From contig JAWSUS010000001.1 in assembly GCA_033549025.1 (NCBI GenBank), forward strand, positions 75,590-139,589: a stretch of DNA of 64,000 nt, in the 5' to 3' direction. Source of the stretch: Desulfuromonadales bacterium (GTDB lineage Bacteria > Desulfobacterota > Desulfuromonadia > Desulfuromonadales > SZUA-540). How positions within the stretch are numbered: the stretch's first letter is position 1; the number at the start of each line of letters is the position of its first letter. The notes beneath the pieces were generated by a model that saw only the letters and a program-made list of their open reading frames with translations, searched no databases and was not told where the DNA came from. A program made the translations under genes and the position numbers. Below are positions 1 to 10,055 of the stretch, piece by piece.

Positions 1-545
1 TCGACCAACAGACCGGCGCTACGCTCCCCCTTTTGACATACAATAATACGGGAAGCGGGAGAAACTTCAACCGAACCCAGCTTTATGCGCCTGGGCAGAT
101 CAAAGACGGGGACAACCTGCCCACGCAGTGAGATGATCCCCAGCACAAAATCGGGGACCCGGGGGATCTCTTCCACTTCACGCCATTTGATGATTTCACT
201 GACGTGGTCGATATCCAGGGCATACTCTTCATTACCCACCGGAAAGGTGAGCCACTGCTCCACCGCTTCCCGGTCTTCCCTCGCCAATGCCGCCAGCCCT
301 TCGGCATAGGCTTCCTCGGTGGCCAAGTCGATTTCAGGGCAATAATTGAACAGAGCTTCCAAGGGATCTGTCGCCGGCTCAGCACCCGCCGAGGGAGCCC
401 CTTCGACCGGCGGCGCGGGAACGCCCTGAACCTGGAGGACCGGAAGACGCACCTTTTTCTCCTCCGTCGCGGCAGGCGCTACGGCGGACTTGTCTTTTTC
501 GGCCTTCTGGGCCTTGGCTTTTTTTCGGATATCAGCAAGATTCAT
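1..545 (-). CDS. cheW: Chemotaxis adaptor CheW with long low-complexity N-terminal extension (3' end runs off the window)
   Basis: Not in the ORF track because it is open at the edge. Manual translation from ATG 545 gives MNLADIRKKAK...WLTFPVGNEEYALDIDHVSEIIK...IPRVPDFVLGIISLRGQVVPVFDL, a CheW signature. Lies downstream of cheA. Confidence 0.9.
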   Translation of the reverse strand, partial: MNLADIRKKAKAQKAEKDKSAVAPAATEEKKVRLPVLQVQGVPAPPVEGAPSAGAEPATDPLEALFNYCPEIDLATEEAYAEGLAALAREDREAVEQWLTFPVGNEEYALDIDHVSEIIKWREVEEIPRVPDFVLGIISLRGQVVPVFDLPRRIKLGSVEVSPASRIIVCQKGERSAGLLV

Positions 546-565
546 GCGCAAGATTCCTGTTTTGC

Positions 566-1372
566 CTAGATAAGAAGATCCAGCTCGTTCATTACCGACT
601 CCAGAACCGAGGAATCGATAGGGCGGACTTCCCGGCCAAATCCTTCCAGCAGAGCCAGTGAGGCGATCTGGTTGATCTTTCGCGGCACCCCGCCCGAGGC
701 CTGATGGATCAGCTGTACGGCGTCATCAGCGAAAAGGCCGGGCAAACCGCCGGCCACGACAAGCCGGTAATCGAGATAAGCCCTGGTGTCTTCCAACTGC
801 AGGGGCTGTAAATCAAACTGCATGCCGATGCGCTGACGCAGCGGTTCAAAGGAACGGTGAGCCAGACGCTTTTTCAATTCCGGCTGTCCCATCAGGACGA
901 TACTCATAAGATTCTGATCGTCCAGCTGAAAATTGGTCAACAGCCGAATCTCGTCGAAAGTTTCCTTGTGAGGAACCAGCTGGGCCTCGTCGATCACCAG
1001 AACCGGGCAGACCCCCTCCTGATAAAAACGGTAGAGGGCGGCGCCAATCTCTTCGAGAAGATCGGTTTTAAAACGCGAAGGATCGGCGATATCGAGACGC
1101 AGGGCCAGCGAGCGGAGAAATTCCATGGGGGTAAGACGCGGATTAATAAAAAGAATAACCCGGAAGCCTTCTCCCAGTTCATCCATCAAAGCGCGTGAAA
1201 GGGTCGTTTTGCCGCAGCCGATGCCACCCGTAAGCAGCACGAGGTCTCTTTCTTCCACGGCGTAGGTCAGGCGCGCCAGAGCCTCGCGATGCATCCGGCT
1301 CAGATAGAGAAAGCGCGGATCGGGCGTCTTGCTGAAGGGTCGTTCGGAAAACCCGTAGAAGTCTTCATACAT
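566..1372 (-). CDS. ExeA/GspA-family AAA+ ATPase inside the che operon
   Basis: MYEDFYGFSERPFSKTPDPRFLY N-terminus, Walker A GGIGCGKTT, Walker B LVIDEAQ, GQPEL and GGVPRKIN motifs. Overlaps the cheA stop. Confidence 0.9.
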   Translation of the reverse strand: MYEDFYGFSERPFSKTPDPRFLYLSRMHREALARLTYAVEERDLVLLTGGIGCGKTTLSRALMDELGEGFRVILFINPRLTPMEFLRSLALRLDIADPSRFKTDLLEEIGAALYRFYQEGVCPVLVIDEAQLVPHKETFDEIRLLTNFQLDDQNLMSIVLMGQPELKKRLAHRSFEPLRQRIGMQFDLQPLQLEDTRAYLDYRLVVAGGLPGLFADDAVQLIHQASGGVPRKINQIASLALLEGFGREVRPIDSSVLESVMNELDLLI

Positions 1373-3431
1373 AGAAAGAAGAATCTCCTCGCAGGGACTC
1401 GCTCATAAGACCGCCAACATCGAGCACCAGCACGGTCTTCTGATTACCGAGATCGGCGGCACCGGCAATCCCCCGGACAAAGGACAGGGTGTTGCCCAGG
1501 GACTTGATGACCACGTCCTGCTGGCCCAACAGATCGTCGACCACAATCCCCATCTTTTTATCGGCCAGGCCCACCACAACCACGAATAGCTTGCGGGGCG
1601 AACCTTCTTGGGCAGGTAGCCGGAACAGGTGGCTCAGTCTCACCAGAGGCAGCGTATGCTCTCGCAGATCGATGACTTCGTGGCGTTCGATGGTGCGGAT
1701 CGAGGAGGTCTCGACCAGGAGGGTCTCCATGACGGAGTTGATGGGAATGGCATAGGCCTTGCCGCTGACTTTGACGACCAGGGCCTTGATAATGGCCAGC
1801 GTGATCGGGAGCGTGATGGTGACCGTCGTGCCCTGGCCGAAGGTGCTGTCGAGTTCGAGCATGCCGGAAAGAGCCGCAATGTTGTTCCGGACCACATCCA
1901 TGCCGACGCCGCGGCCGGATAAGTCGGTAACTTCATCACGAGTAGAAAAACCGGGAGTCAGGATAAGATTGAAAACGTCTTCCCGCGACAATTCGGCCTC
2001 GGCGCTGATCAGCCCTTTTTCCAGAGCCTTTATCCGCACCCGCTCGGGATCGATACCCCGTCCGTCATCACGAATTTCTATGACGACGTGATTCCCTTTT
2101 TGGGAGGCCCACAGGCAAATGCAAGCCTTTTCGGGTTTCCCCGCCGTCCGACGCTCTTCCGGCGACTCTATCCCGTGGTCGACGGCATTACGGATGATAT
2201 GCATGAGCGGGTCCGAGAGATCTTCCACAATGAGCTTGTCGAGTTCGGTATCGGCGCCCCGGATATCCACCTCGACCTTTTTTCCCTGCTCGTTGGCCAC
2301 ACGCCGGATAATCCGGATGACCTTTTCAAAAAGCTGCGACACGGGGACCATGCGCACATCCATAACCCCTTTTTGCAGGTCGTGAAGACGCCGCTCCAGC
2401 ACCCGGGTGACCTTCTGCAATTCGCCGGCGACCCGGCTATTCTCGGCCCTGAGCTGGTCGCACAGCATGGAGACCGCCCCTTTGGACAAGACCAGTTCGC
2501 CAACGATATTCATAAGGAAATCGAGCTTATCGATATCGACCCGCACGGTTCGGCTGATCGACCGCAGCGACGCTCCTGTTCCCTCCGATTCAGGAGGAGG
2601 CTCCTGCATGACTTCGGCTGTTCCGGGAGGACTGACAACCGGCGGCGAGGCCGGAATAGCGGCCGGAGGTCGGGATGTCCCCACGGCGGCATCCCTGACG
2701 ATGTCGATGTCGGCATCGGGACGGTCGAGCTTTTCGCCCAGTTCAGCGTGCGAGAGGGTGGTGGCGACCAGAATCTGAAAAGCGATCTTGTCCGAAATAT
2801 CCCCGGCGCAAGGCAATGTACTGACAATCTCGCCGTTGTTTTTGAGCAGTTCAGAAATCTCACCCAGTTCCTGATCGAAACTGGACAGCGCAAAAGCCAC
2901 CTTGACCAGCAGGATGTGACGGCCTTTCTCCAGATTGTCGCGAAGGCGGTGTTCCTCGTATTCGGTGAGCACATTGAGGATGGCCGGATCCAGGGAGAGG
3001 GCCCGGATAGGATCGGCTGCCTTGGGAGGGGGCGCATTGAGCAGCGCTTCGATACGTTCCTGCACCGGAGCACAGTCCAGAGTGAAGGACTCCGACTCCC
3101 CTTTGCCGTTGACGAGACGAAGGAGCAGGTCGAGCCCCTCGAAGAGCGTTTCAACGAGAACGGGAGAAAGGGAAACCTTGCCCAGCCGAAGATGGTCAAG
3201 AAGATTTTCCATGGTATGGGATATGGAGCCGATATCATCGAAACCGAACATGCCCGCCAGCCCTTTAATGGAATGGGCACTGCGGAATATGCTGTTGAGC
3301 AGATCGGGGTCCGTTTCGCGCCCGTCGCTTCCATCACCGAGAGCCATGAGATCGATACTCAGCTTCTCGATGATCTCCTCGGCCTCCGCGAGAAAGTCTT
3401 TAATGGCGCGCGATGATGAATTGCCGGACAA
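1365..3431 (-). CDS. cheA: Chemotaxis histidine kinase CheA
   Basis: HPt FRSAHSIKG, VRVDIDKLD dimerisation segment, HIIRNAVDHGIE, DDGRGID, GFST, SGRGVGMDVV, C-terminal CheW-like domain. Confidence 0.97.
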   Translation of the reverse strand: MSGNSSSRAIKDFLAEAEEIIEKLSIDLMALGDGSDGRETDPDLLNSIFRSAHSIKGLAGMFGFDDIGSISHTMENLLDHLRLGKVSLSPVLVETLFEGLDLLLRLVNGKGESESFTLDCAPVQERIEALLNAPPPKAADPIRALSLDPAILNVLTEYEEHRLRDNLEKGRHILLVKVAFALSSFDQELGEISELLKNNGEIVSTLPCAGDISDKIAFQILVATTLSHAELGEKLDRPDADIDIVRDAAVGTSRPPAAIPASPPVVSPPGTAEVMQEPPPESEGTGASLRSISRTVRVDIDKLDFLMNIVGELVLSKGAVSMLCDQLRAENSRVAGELQKVTRVLERRLHDLQKGVMDVRMVPVSQLFEKVIRIIRRVANEQGKKVEVDIRGADTELDKLIVEDLSDPLMHIIRNAVDHGIESPEERRTAGKPEKACICLWASQKGNHVVIEIRDDGRGIDPERVRIKALEKGLISAEAELSREDVFNLILTPGFSTRDEVTDLSGRGVGMDVVRNNIAALSGMLELDSTFGQGTTVTITLPITLAIIKALVVKVSGKAYAIPINSVMETLLVETSSIRTIERHEVIDLREHTLPLVRLSHLFRLPAQEGSPRKLFVVVVGLADKKMGIVVDDLLGQQDVVIKSLGNTLSFVRGIAGAADLGNQKTVLVLDVGGLMSESLRGDSSFYV

Positions 3432-3440
3432 AATCCCCTC

Positions 3441-3809
3441 CTAACCCAGGTATTTTCGAATCAACTCCTGCAACTGCTCAGGGGAAAAAGGTTTGACCAG
3501 ATATTCGTCCGCCCCGAGAGCCATCCCTTTTTCCCGATCCCGCTCACTCCCCTCGGTGCTGATGATGATGAGGGGCGTGGTTTGGTAGTTGGGGTTGGTT
3601 TTGATAAAACTGACCAGTTCCAGACCGTTGATATCCGGCATATTGATATCGGTGACGACCAGATCCACCTTTTCGCGGGGAAGTATCCGCAGGGCCTCAA
3701 ACCCGTTGGACGCCTCGATCACCTCAAAGTCGCCAATCGCCTCAATGGTTGAGACGATGAGCGAGCGCATGGTCGGCGAGTCTTCGGTAATCAGTATTTT
3801 CTTTGGCAC
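3441..3809 (-). CDS. cheY: CheY-like single-domain response regulator
   Basis: REC motifs ILITEDS, TDINMPDINGLEL, IIST, YLVKPF; adjacent to cheA. Confidence 0.9.
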   Translation of the reverse strand: MPKKILITEDSPTMRSLIVSTIEAIGDFEVIEASNGFEALRILPREKVDLVVTDINMPDINGLELVSFIKTNPNYQTTPLIIISTEGSERDREKGMALGADEYLVKPFSPEQLQELIRKYLG

Positions 3810-3869
3810 GTTACAGGCCTCACATTACGAGGGATAAAATCAGCGGACACCACAGCGTCTGCCCAAAAG

Positions 3870-5135
3870 TCAACCGGTGCTTCTTGAATTCCCTCTTCGG
3901 TCCGCCAGGGTTCGTTCCATGGCCAGCCCGGCTTGAGACAGAAAGATTTCCAGGGCTTCCGTGTTGCCGATCGGCTTCTTCTCGGGAAGATTGTCACCGT
4001 AAAGGACAGCAACAACCATACCGTCACTGATAATCGGGCCGAGAAAAACGTCCACCGGGCTGTCTCCGCCCAACTGGTCTTTCAGGTAGGTGTCCCAATA
4101 TCCCGTCCCCAACGGAACCTTCTCTACCGTCTTCTCTTCAATAACCCGGTGAAAAACCGAAGGTTTGGACCGGGGGATTTTCATGCGCCGCACCCGCAGG
4201 TCCGCGCTTTCACCGGCGGCGATGCCAAATTGCCCAAGGCCGACGATCTCCTCCTCTTTGACCAGGAAAATGACGGCCCGGTTCATCAGTTCACTGGCGA
4301 AGCGCAGTACCAGCAGAATAACCCCGCCGCCGAGAGACGGATTACTCAATTCCTGCAGCATGCCCTTGAGCAGGCGAAGCCCGGGGGATTCGGGCCCTTT
4401 GACGGGCACCCCGACAGGCTCTTCGCCCAATTCGGCCAGCAGTTCGGCACCAAAGTTGACCAGCGCGGCAGGCTCGTTGCCCCCCGGGCAACTTTTTTCG
4501 GCCTTCACCGAACCTGTCGCGGTAGCAGATCCGGTCATTCCAGATGAAATCCCCGCCTGCGGTGAATCCGAGTCGATGCCCCAAAGGAAATTTTCGTCTT
4601 TCGCCTGGGCTGATTGTTCCTGTCGACGCCTTTCATCCAGCAGGCGACTTCCCTCCATGGCCAGCCATTGGGGATTGAGACCCTGGTCGAGCATAAACTG
4701 CAAAGGGTCAACCCGGGTCTCGCCCAAAGCCTCCGGTTCCCGGAGTTCAAAAGCGAAAGTCCCCTCCGTCCAGCCAAAAAATCCGTATACCAGCTTTTCG
4801 ATCTGCCTGCGGACCACGTTTTCGATGTCCACGGCGGCAATAGCGTAATGCTCGACGAGAATGGCGCCCAAACGCAGGGCGCCTTCACTCTGCCGCTGGT
4901 GTTCAAGGGCCGCGTGGAGCGTATCGAGGGGAACGACCCCGGATCGCACGAGAAGATCGCCGAGATTTTCCGGCTCGGTACTGGAAGCAGCTCGAATGAC
5001 CTGGCCGTTTTTGAAATAAATCGAACCTTGTCGCCCGCGACTGTTCAGCGAGAGCACCCCTGACTTGCGGCTCAGGCTGACAATCTGGAGAATTTCTCCC
5101 AGGCCCAGGTCTTCAAGATTTCCGACTAAACTCAT
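3870..5135 (-). CDS. DUF4388 (PATAN-like) domain protein with C-terminal GAF-like domain
   Basis: MSLVGNLEDLGLGEILQIVSLSRKSGVL...GSIYFKNGQVIRA...WTEGTFAF is typical of DUF4388. The C-terminus (VVAVLYGDN...LEIFLSQAGLAME) is GAF-like. Confidence 0.8.
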   Translation of the reverse strand: MSLVGNLEDLGLGEILQIVSLSRKSGVLSLNSRGRQGSIYFKNGQVIRAASSTEPENLGDLLVRSGVVPLDTLHAALEHQRQSEGALRLGAILVEHYAIAAVDIENVVRRQIEKLVYGFFGWTEGTFAFELREPEALGETRVDPLQFMLDQGLNPQWLAMEGSRLLDERRRQEQSAQAKDENFLWGIDSDSPQAGISSGMTGSATATGSVKAEKSCPGGNEPAALVNFGAELLAELGEEPVGVPVKGPESPGLRLLKGMLQELSNPSLGGGVILLVLRFASELMNRAVIFLVKEEEIVGLGQFGIAAGESADLRVRRMKIPRSKPSVFHRVIEEKTVEKVPLGTGYWDTYLKDQLGGDSPVDVFLGPIISDGMVVAVLYGDNLPEKKPIGNTEALEIFLSQAGLAMERTLADRRGNSRSTG

Positions 5136-5219
5136 GGTGGTCCAGAGCCGAATTGACGTAAGGGTTCAAAATTAAATAGAAAACAATATATCCCAGCCCC
5201 TGGGGCAAGTAAAGGTTTT

Positions 5220-6545
5220 TTACCCCTGGCCTTTGCGTTCGCGGTCCCGGAAAATCAGCCGGATAGGAACGCCTTCAAAGCCGAACGCTTCCCGGAGCTT
5301 GTTCTGCAGGTACCGTTCGTAAGAGAAATGAATCCCTTCAGCCTTGTTGGCGAAAACCACGAAGGTGGGTGGTCGCACCTGGGTCTGGGTCATGTAGAAG
5401 AATTTAAGCCGCGTTCCCTGAACCACCGGAGGCGCATGACTGCGCACCGCTTCTTCAAGGATGCGGTTCAGGGCGGCGGTGGGAACCTGGCGGTTAAATT
5501 CGGCAGCCACAGCCTCGACTTCACCCATAATCTTCGCCACCCGTTGCCCGGTTAGCGCCGAGACGAAAATAATCGGCGCAAAAGGGAGGAATTTGAAGCT
5601 CATACGCAGTTTTTCGGTGTACTGCCGCAGGGTTTTGTTGTCTTTTTCAATCTTGTCCCACTTGTTGACAACCAGAATGACGGCCCTGCCCTTTTCATAG
5701 GCATACCCGGCCACCGTCAGGTCCTGATCCGTAACCCCTTCTTCGGCGTCAATAACCACCAGAACCACATGGGAACGGTCCATCGCTTTTAGGGCCTGGA
5801 TAACGCTGAACTTTTCCAGTTTCTGGCTGACCTTTCCCTTGCGACGGATGCCCGCCGTGTCAATCAGAACGTAGCGTTTTTGGTTATAGGTGAAGGGCGT
5901 ATCGACGCTGTCCCGGGTGGTACCGGCCATGGGATTGGCCACGACACGCTCATACCCCAGCAGGCGGTTGACGAGGGAGGACTTGCCGACGTTGGGACGG
6001 CCGATGACCGCCAGGCGCACTTCCTCCGTCTCCGCCTCCGGCGCTTTTGCCGGGGGAAGATGGGTCAGCACCGCATCGACCAGATCCCCTACCCCCACGC
6101 CGTGTTCAGCCGAAACAGGGTGGAGCTCATCCAGCCCCAGAGCATAGAACTCGGCCATGGCCTCCTCCTGCTTGGGACCATCGACCTTGTTGACCACAAA
6201 GAGCACGGGTTTGTCGACGCGGCGCAGCATGGCGGCAACTTCCTCGTCGGAGGGAGTGAGTCCCTCCCGTCCGTCGAGGACGAAGAGAATCACATCGGCC
6301 TCTTCCACGGCCAGTTGCGACTGCTCACGCATCTGAACCAGCAGCCGCTCTTCGCTGGCCGGCTCGAAACCGCCCGTATCCATGAGGATAAAGGGCGCGT
6401 CGTACTTGGTGACTTCTGCGTAGTTGCGGTCCCGGGTGACGCCCGGAAAATCCTCGACGATGGCTTTACGCTGACCGAGAATGCGGTTAAAGAGCGTGGA
6501 CTTACCGACGTTGGGGCGGCCGACGATTGCAACGAGTGGACTCAT
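5220..6545 (-). CDS. der: Ribosome biogenesis GTPase Der (EngA)
   Basis: Two G domains (GRPNVGKS twice, DTGG/DTAG, NKVD/NKWD) plus KH-like C-terminus. Confidence 0.98.
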   Translation of the reverse strand: MSPLVAIVGRPNVGKSTLFNRILGQRKAIVEDFPGVTRDRNYAEVTKYDAPFILMDTGGFEPASEERLLVQMREQSQLAVEEADVILFVLDGREGLTPSDEEVAAMLRRVDKPVLFVVNKVDGPKQEEAMAEFYALGLDELHPVSAEHGVGVGDLVDAVLTHLPPAKAPEAETEEVRLAVIGRPNVGKSSLVNRLLGYERVVANPMAGTTRDSVDTPFTYNQKRYVLIDTAGIRRKGKVSQKLEKFSVIQALKAMDRSHVVLVVIDAEEGVTDQDLTVAGYAYEKGRAVILVVNKWDKIEKDNKTLRQYTEKLRMSFKFLPFAPIIFVSALTGQRVAKIMGEVEAVAAEFNRQVPTAALNRILEEAVRSHAPPVVQGTRLKFFYMTQTQVRPPTFVVFANKAEGIHFSYERYLQNKLREAFGFEGVPIRLIFRDRERKGQG

Positions 6546-6584
6546 GTCTGTGTTTTCCGTTCTTTCCGTAAATGACTTTAGAGG

Positions 6585-7493
6585 CTATTCGTAGCCGAAC
6601 TCTTTCAACAGCTTGTCGGATTCCGTCCAGTTTTTCTGTACCTTGACAAACAGCTCGAGGTAGACGCGGGTTCCCAGCATCCTTTCGATATCGACCCGGG
6701 CCGCTTTGCCGATGGCGCGGATCTTCTCGCCGCCCTTGCCGAGGATGATTTTTTTGTGGGGTTCCCGCTCCACCAGAATCGCCGCGGCGATGACCACGAG
6801 ATCCTTATCCGGCTTTTCGGTAAAGCTTTCCACCACGACGGCCACCCCGTAGGGCACCTCGTCCCGCACCTGTTTGAGGATCTGCTCGCGCACCATTTCG
6901 GCGACGATGAAGCGTTCGGGAAGATCGGTGACCATGTCCTCGGGATAGTAGCGCGGCCCGGGCGGCAGCAGGTCGTATGTGGCTTTGACCAGAGCGTCCA
7001 CCCCGCTGCCTTTCAAACCCGAAATGGGGATAATGGCGGCGAAATCGCGCTTCTGCGCATAAATTTCAATCAGAGGGAGCAAGGCCTCCGGCGACACCTG
7101 GTCGATCTTGTTGATGACCAGAATGACGGGCACCGAACTGCGCGAGAGAACGTCAAGAATGAAGTCATCCCCTCCCCCGGGGCGATCCGTCGCCTCGATC
7201 AGAAAAAGCACGACATCGACATCAGCGCAGGCCGCCATGGCCTGATCGACCATATAGCGATTGAGCTTGCCGGTGGCACGATGAATACCCGGAGTATCAA
7301 GAAAGAGAATCTGGCCGTCGTCGAGGTTGTGAATACCGAGAATCCGGTTGCGGGTCGTCTGGGGTTTGGGCGAAGCAATGGCGATCTTCTGTCCGAGTAT
7401 CCGGTTCAACAGGGTCGATTTGCCGACATTGGGACGCCCGATAATCGAGACAAAACCAGAGCGAAAGGGGGGCTGTTCAGTGTTCAATGACAA
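6585..7493 (-). CDS. era: GTPase Era
   Basis: [39 protein letters not shown] domain IILGKGG. Confidence 0.97.
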   Translation of the reverse strand: MSLNTEQPPFRSGFVSIIGRPNVGKSTLLNRILGQKIAIASPKPQTTRNRILGIHNLDDGQILFLDTPGIHRATGKLNRYMVDQAMAACADVDVVLFLIEATDRPGGGDDFILDVLSRSSVPVILVINKIDQVSPEALLPLIEIYAQKRDFAAIIPISGLKGSGVDALVKATYDLLPPGPRYYPEDMVTDLPERFIVAEMVREQILKQVRDEVPYGVAVVVESFTEKPDKDLVVIAAAILVEREPHKKIILGKGGEKIRAIGKAARVDIERMLGTRVYLELFVKVQKNWTESDKLLKEFGYE

Positions 7494-7498
7494 GATCC

Positions 7499-8509
7499 TT
7501 AGTAAGCGGCCAGTTCCATGAGGGAAAATGACTCGGAGCCAACATGCAGTGTCCCGCGGGGGATGTCCTTTTGCCCGGAAATGGCAAAATCCCCTCTGCG
7601 GGTTCGAATAAATTCCAGGTTCTGGCGACGCTGCCCCAGGGCATCCGACAACTCGGACGAACAGACGAGAATCGGCTGTGCCGAAGTCTCTTCCACGACC
7701 CGCAGCAGCGCCCGCCGCCAGAGATGCGAACGCACGAGCTGTCCAAAAGCAGGATGATAGGGTCCGGCCACCACCCCCGCAGGACCATCGAGTTCCCGGG
7801 TCGGCTGCAGTCCCAGACGGATCACGGGCACCGCGGCCTGCCGGCAGCGCCAGAGCATCTCCGCGCAGATTCCGACCGCCTCATCCAGACTGAGCGGCTC
7901 GAATTGTCCGCGGTCAAATAGTGTCTCCAGCGCGCTGCCAGCCAACACCACCGTCGGGTAAATGCGCAGAAAATCCGGCTGCAGCTCCAAAGCCGTTTGC
8001 AGGGACCACAGGGCTTCTGCCCGATCGCCGCCGGGGAGCCCGGGCATCAGCTGCAAGCCCACCGCCAGCCCGGCGCGCCGGACTCTCGCCGTGGCGTTAA
8101 CCGCCGCTTCGGCAGAGTGTCCTCGGCCAGAGCGGGCCAAGACCTCGGGATCAAAGGACTGACAGCCGATCTCGATGGTGCGCAGCGGAAATCCGTCCAG
8201 AACGTCCAGATGCCGGTTTTCCAGACCGTCAGGGCGGGTCGAGATGCGAATTCCCCCGGCGCGCCCGGCCCGGACAAATCGAGCGGCGACCTCCAGGTAA
8301 TCCCGCTGTCGCGTCGCCGGCAGCAGGGTAAAGGACCCGCCGTAAAAGGCAATATCCCCGTCTCCGGCAGGAGGCAGCAGCCGGTTCAAGGCATCGGCCA
8401 CGTCAAGGGGCGCCGGCGCCGCCGAATGACCGGAGGTCTTCTCCTGTTGACAGAAGAGACAGCGATGCGGACACCCTTCATGGGGAATAAAGAAAGGGAA
8501 AACCTGCAT
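7499..8509 (-). CDS. Radical SAM protein (Elp3/YhcC-like), function unknown
   Basis: CPHRCLFC CxxxCxxC motif, FYGGSFT, ISTRPD, QLMPGLPG, AGPYHPAFG; lies between rnc and era. Confidence 0.85.
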   Translation of the reverse strand: MQVFPFFIPHEGCPHRCLFCQQEKTSGHSAAPAPLDVADALNRLLPPAGDGDIAFYGGSFTLLPATRQRDYLEVAARFVRAGRAGGIRISTRPDGLENRHLDVLDGFPLRTIEIGCQSFDPEVLARSGRGHSAEAAVNATARVRRAGLAVGLQLMPGLPGGDRAEALWSLQTALELQPDFLRIYPTVVLAGSALETLFDRGQFEPLSLDEAVGICAEMLWRCRQAAVPVIRLGLQPTRELDGPAGVVAGPYHPAFGQLVRSHLWRRALLRVVEETSAQPILVCSSELSDALGQRRQNLEFIRTRRGDFAISGQKDIPRGTLHVGSESFSLMELAAY

Positions 8510-8520
8510 ACCGTCAGCGC

Positions 8521-9222
8521 CTAGGGGCGCTCCATTTCGGCCAGAGCCTGCCGGGCCGCCTCTTGTTCCGCCGCTTTTTTCGTGCGCCCGCTCCCCTGCC
8601 CGATGGTCTGGTCGTCGAAGCGGACCTCAACCGTATAGAGGCGTTCATGATCAGGCCCTTCGGCACTGACCAGAATATAAGACGGCGTCCGATTGTACTG
8701 CCCCTGCATCAAGACCTGCAGACGGGTCTTGTGGTCGACGCCGGCCTTGCATTTTACCGACCGGGTAATCTCCTCGACAAACAGGCGATCGACAATGGAC
8801 TTGACGGAGCCATAACCCGCATCGGTAAAGATGGCTCCCAGCAGCGCTTCAAAGGCATCAGCAAGCAGGCTGTCCTTCTGCCGACCGCCACTGCGCTCTT
8901 CTCCCTTACCGAGCAAGAGACAGGCCCCTATATCCAGCTTTTTGCCGATGGCCGCCAAACCCTTTTCGCGTACGACCTCGGCCCGCACCCGGGTCATCTC
9001 CCCTTCCGGCAACTGGGAATAGCGGCTGAAAATATGTTCACTGACCGCCAGATCAAGGACAGCATCCCCGAGAAATTCGAGACGTTCACTGAAAGGCAGG
9101 TCGATTCCGGCCTGTTCATTGCTATAGGACTTGTGCGTCAGAGCCTCACGCAAAAGGTCGGCCCGCGCAAAACGGTAGTCCAGCTTTTGGCACAGACGCT
9201 GTTCACATTCTCGAAGCTGCAT
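8521..9222 (-). CDS. rnc: Ribonuclease III
   Basis: ALTHKSY, ERLEFLGDAVL, ADAFEALLGA, C-terminal dsRBD (KTRLQ...GPDHER...KKAAEQEAA). Start moved to ATG 9222. Confidence 0.97.
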   Translation of the reverse strand: MQLRECEQRLCQKLDYRFARADLLREALTHKSYSNEQAGIDLPFSERLEFLGDAVLDLAVSEHIFSRYSQLPEGEMTRVRAEVVREKGLAAIGKKLDIGACLLLGKGEERSGGRQKDSLLADAFEALLGAIFTDAGYGSVKSIVDRLFVEEITRSVKCKAGVDHKTRLQVLMQGQYNRTPSYILVSAEGPDHERLYTVEVRFDDQTIGQGSGRTKKAAEQEAARQALAEMERP

Positions 9223-9279
9223 CGTTTCTCGTTTCAAAAAGAACCCGCACGGGCCCTCCAAGTGGTCAAATCGGCTGGG

Positions 9280-9308
9280 AGTATACTAAATTCCCATGGT
9301 CTTATCAA
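9280..9308 (-). promoter_or_regulatory. Putative sigma70 promoter for the rnc-era-der operon
   Basis: TTGATA-N17-TATACT on the minus strand. Confidence 0.6.
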
Positions 9309-9336
9309 TGTTTACCCTGAGGATGGAATCTTTTCC

Positions 9337-9366
9337 TTGATTCCGCCCGGTTCCATTCACTATAAT
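9337..9366 (+). promoter_or_regulatory. Putative sigma70 promoter for the tmk operon
   Basis: TTGATT-N18-TATAAT, divergent from the rnc promoter. Confidence 0.6.
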
Positions 9367-9407
9367 GTCGAATTTTAAAAGATATTCTTATTATCAGCCT
9401 GGATACC

Positions 9408-10055
9408 ATGAACCTCTTTATCACTTTCGAAGGCATCGAAGGCTGCGGAAAAACCACCCAGCTGCGCCTGCTTGCCCGCAATCTGGCCGCGCAGGGGGTT
9501 GATGTGGTCACTACGCGCGAACCTGGCGGCTGCCCCATTGCGGATGCTATCCGCCAGATTTTGCTTGATCCCGGCAACCAGGCCCTGGTGCCCCGGTCGG
9601 AACTGCTGCTGTACGCCGCGGCCCGGGCCCAGCATGTCGACGAGGTCATCCGGCCGGCGCTGCAAGCGGGAAAGACTGTCCTGTGTGACCGCTTTACCGA
9701 TGCCACCTGCGCCTACCAGGGGTACGGACGCGGGTTGGACAAAACGCTCATTCACCGCCTCAATGAGCTGGCGGCGGCTGAGACCTGTCCCGACCTGACC
9801 ATCCTGCTGGACATGCCGGCCGAAGAAGGCCTGCAGCGGGCGCAAAGCCGCAACACCGTGCAGACGCTCGAACATGAGGGCCGCTTCGAGCAGGAATCCC
9901 TCACCTTTCACCGCCGCGTCCGGCAGGGGTACCTGGAACTGGCCCACAGGCAAAACCGTTTTCTGGTCATCGATGCTCTCGGTTCGCAGGAAACCGTCGC
10001 CAGCCGGATCGGTGAAGCGCTGAGACAACGACAGATTCTGAGTATGCCGTCATGA
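9408..10055 (+). CDS. tmk: Thymidylate kinase
   Basis: FITFEGIEGCGKTTQ, TREPGG, CDRFTDATCAYQG. Confidence 0.97.
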   Translation: MNLFITFEGIEGCGKTTQLRLLARNLAAQGVDVVTTREPGGCPIADAIRQILLDPGNQALVPRSELLLYAAARAQHVDEVIRPALQAGKTVLCDRFTDATCAYQGYGRGLDKTLIHRLNELAAAETCPDLTILLDMPAEEGLQRAQSRNTVQTLEHEGRFEQESLTFHRRVRQGYLELAHRQNRFLVIDALGSQETVASRIGEALRQRQILSMPS

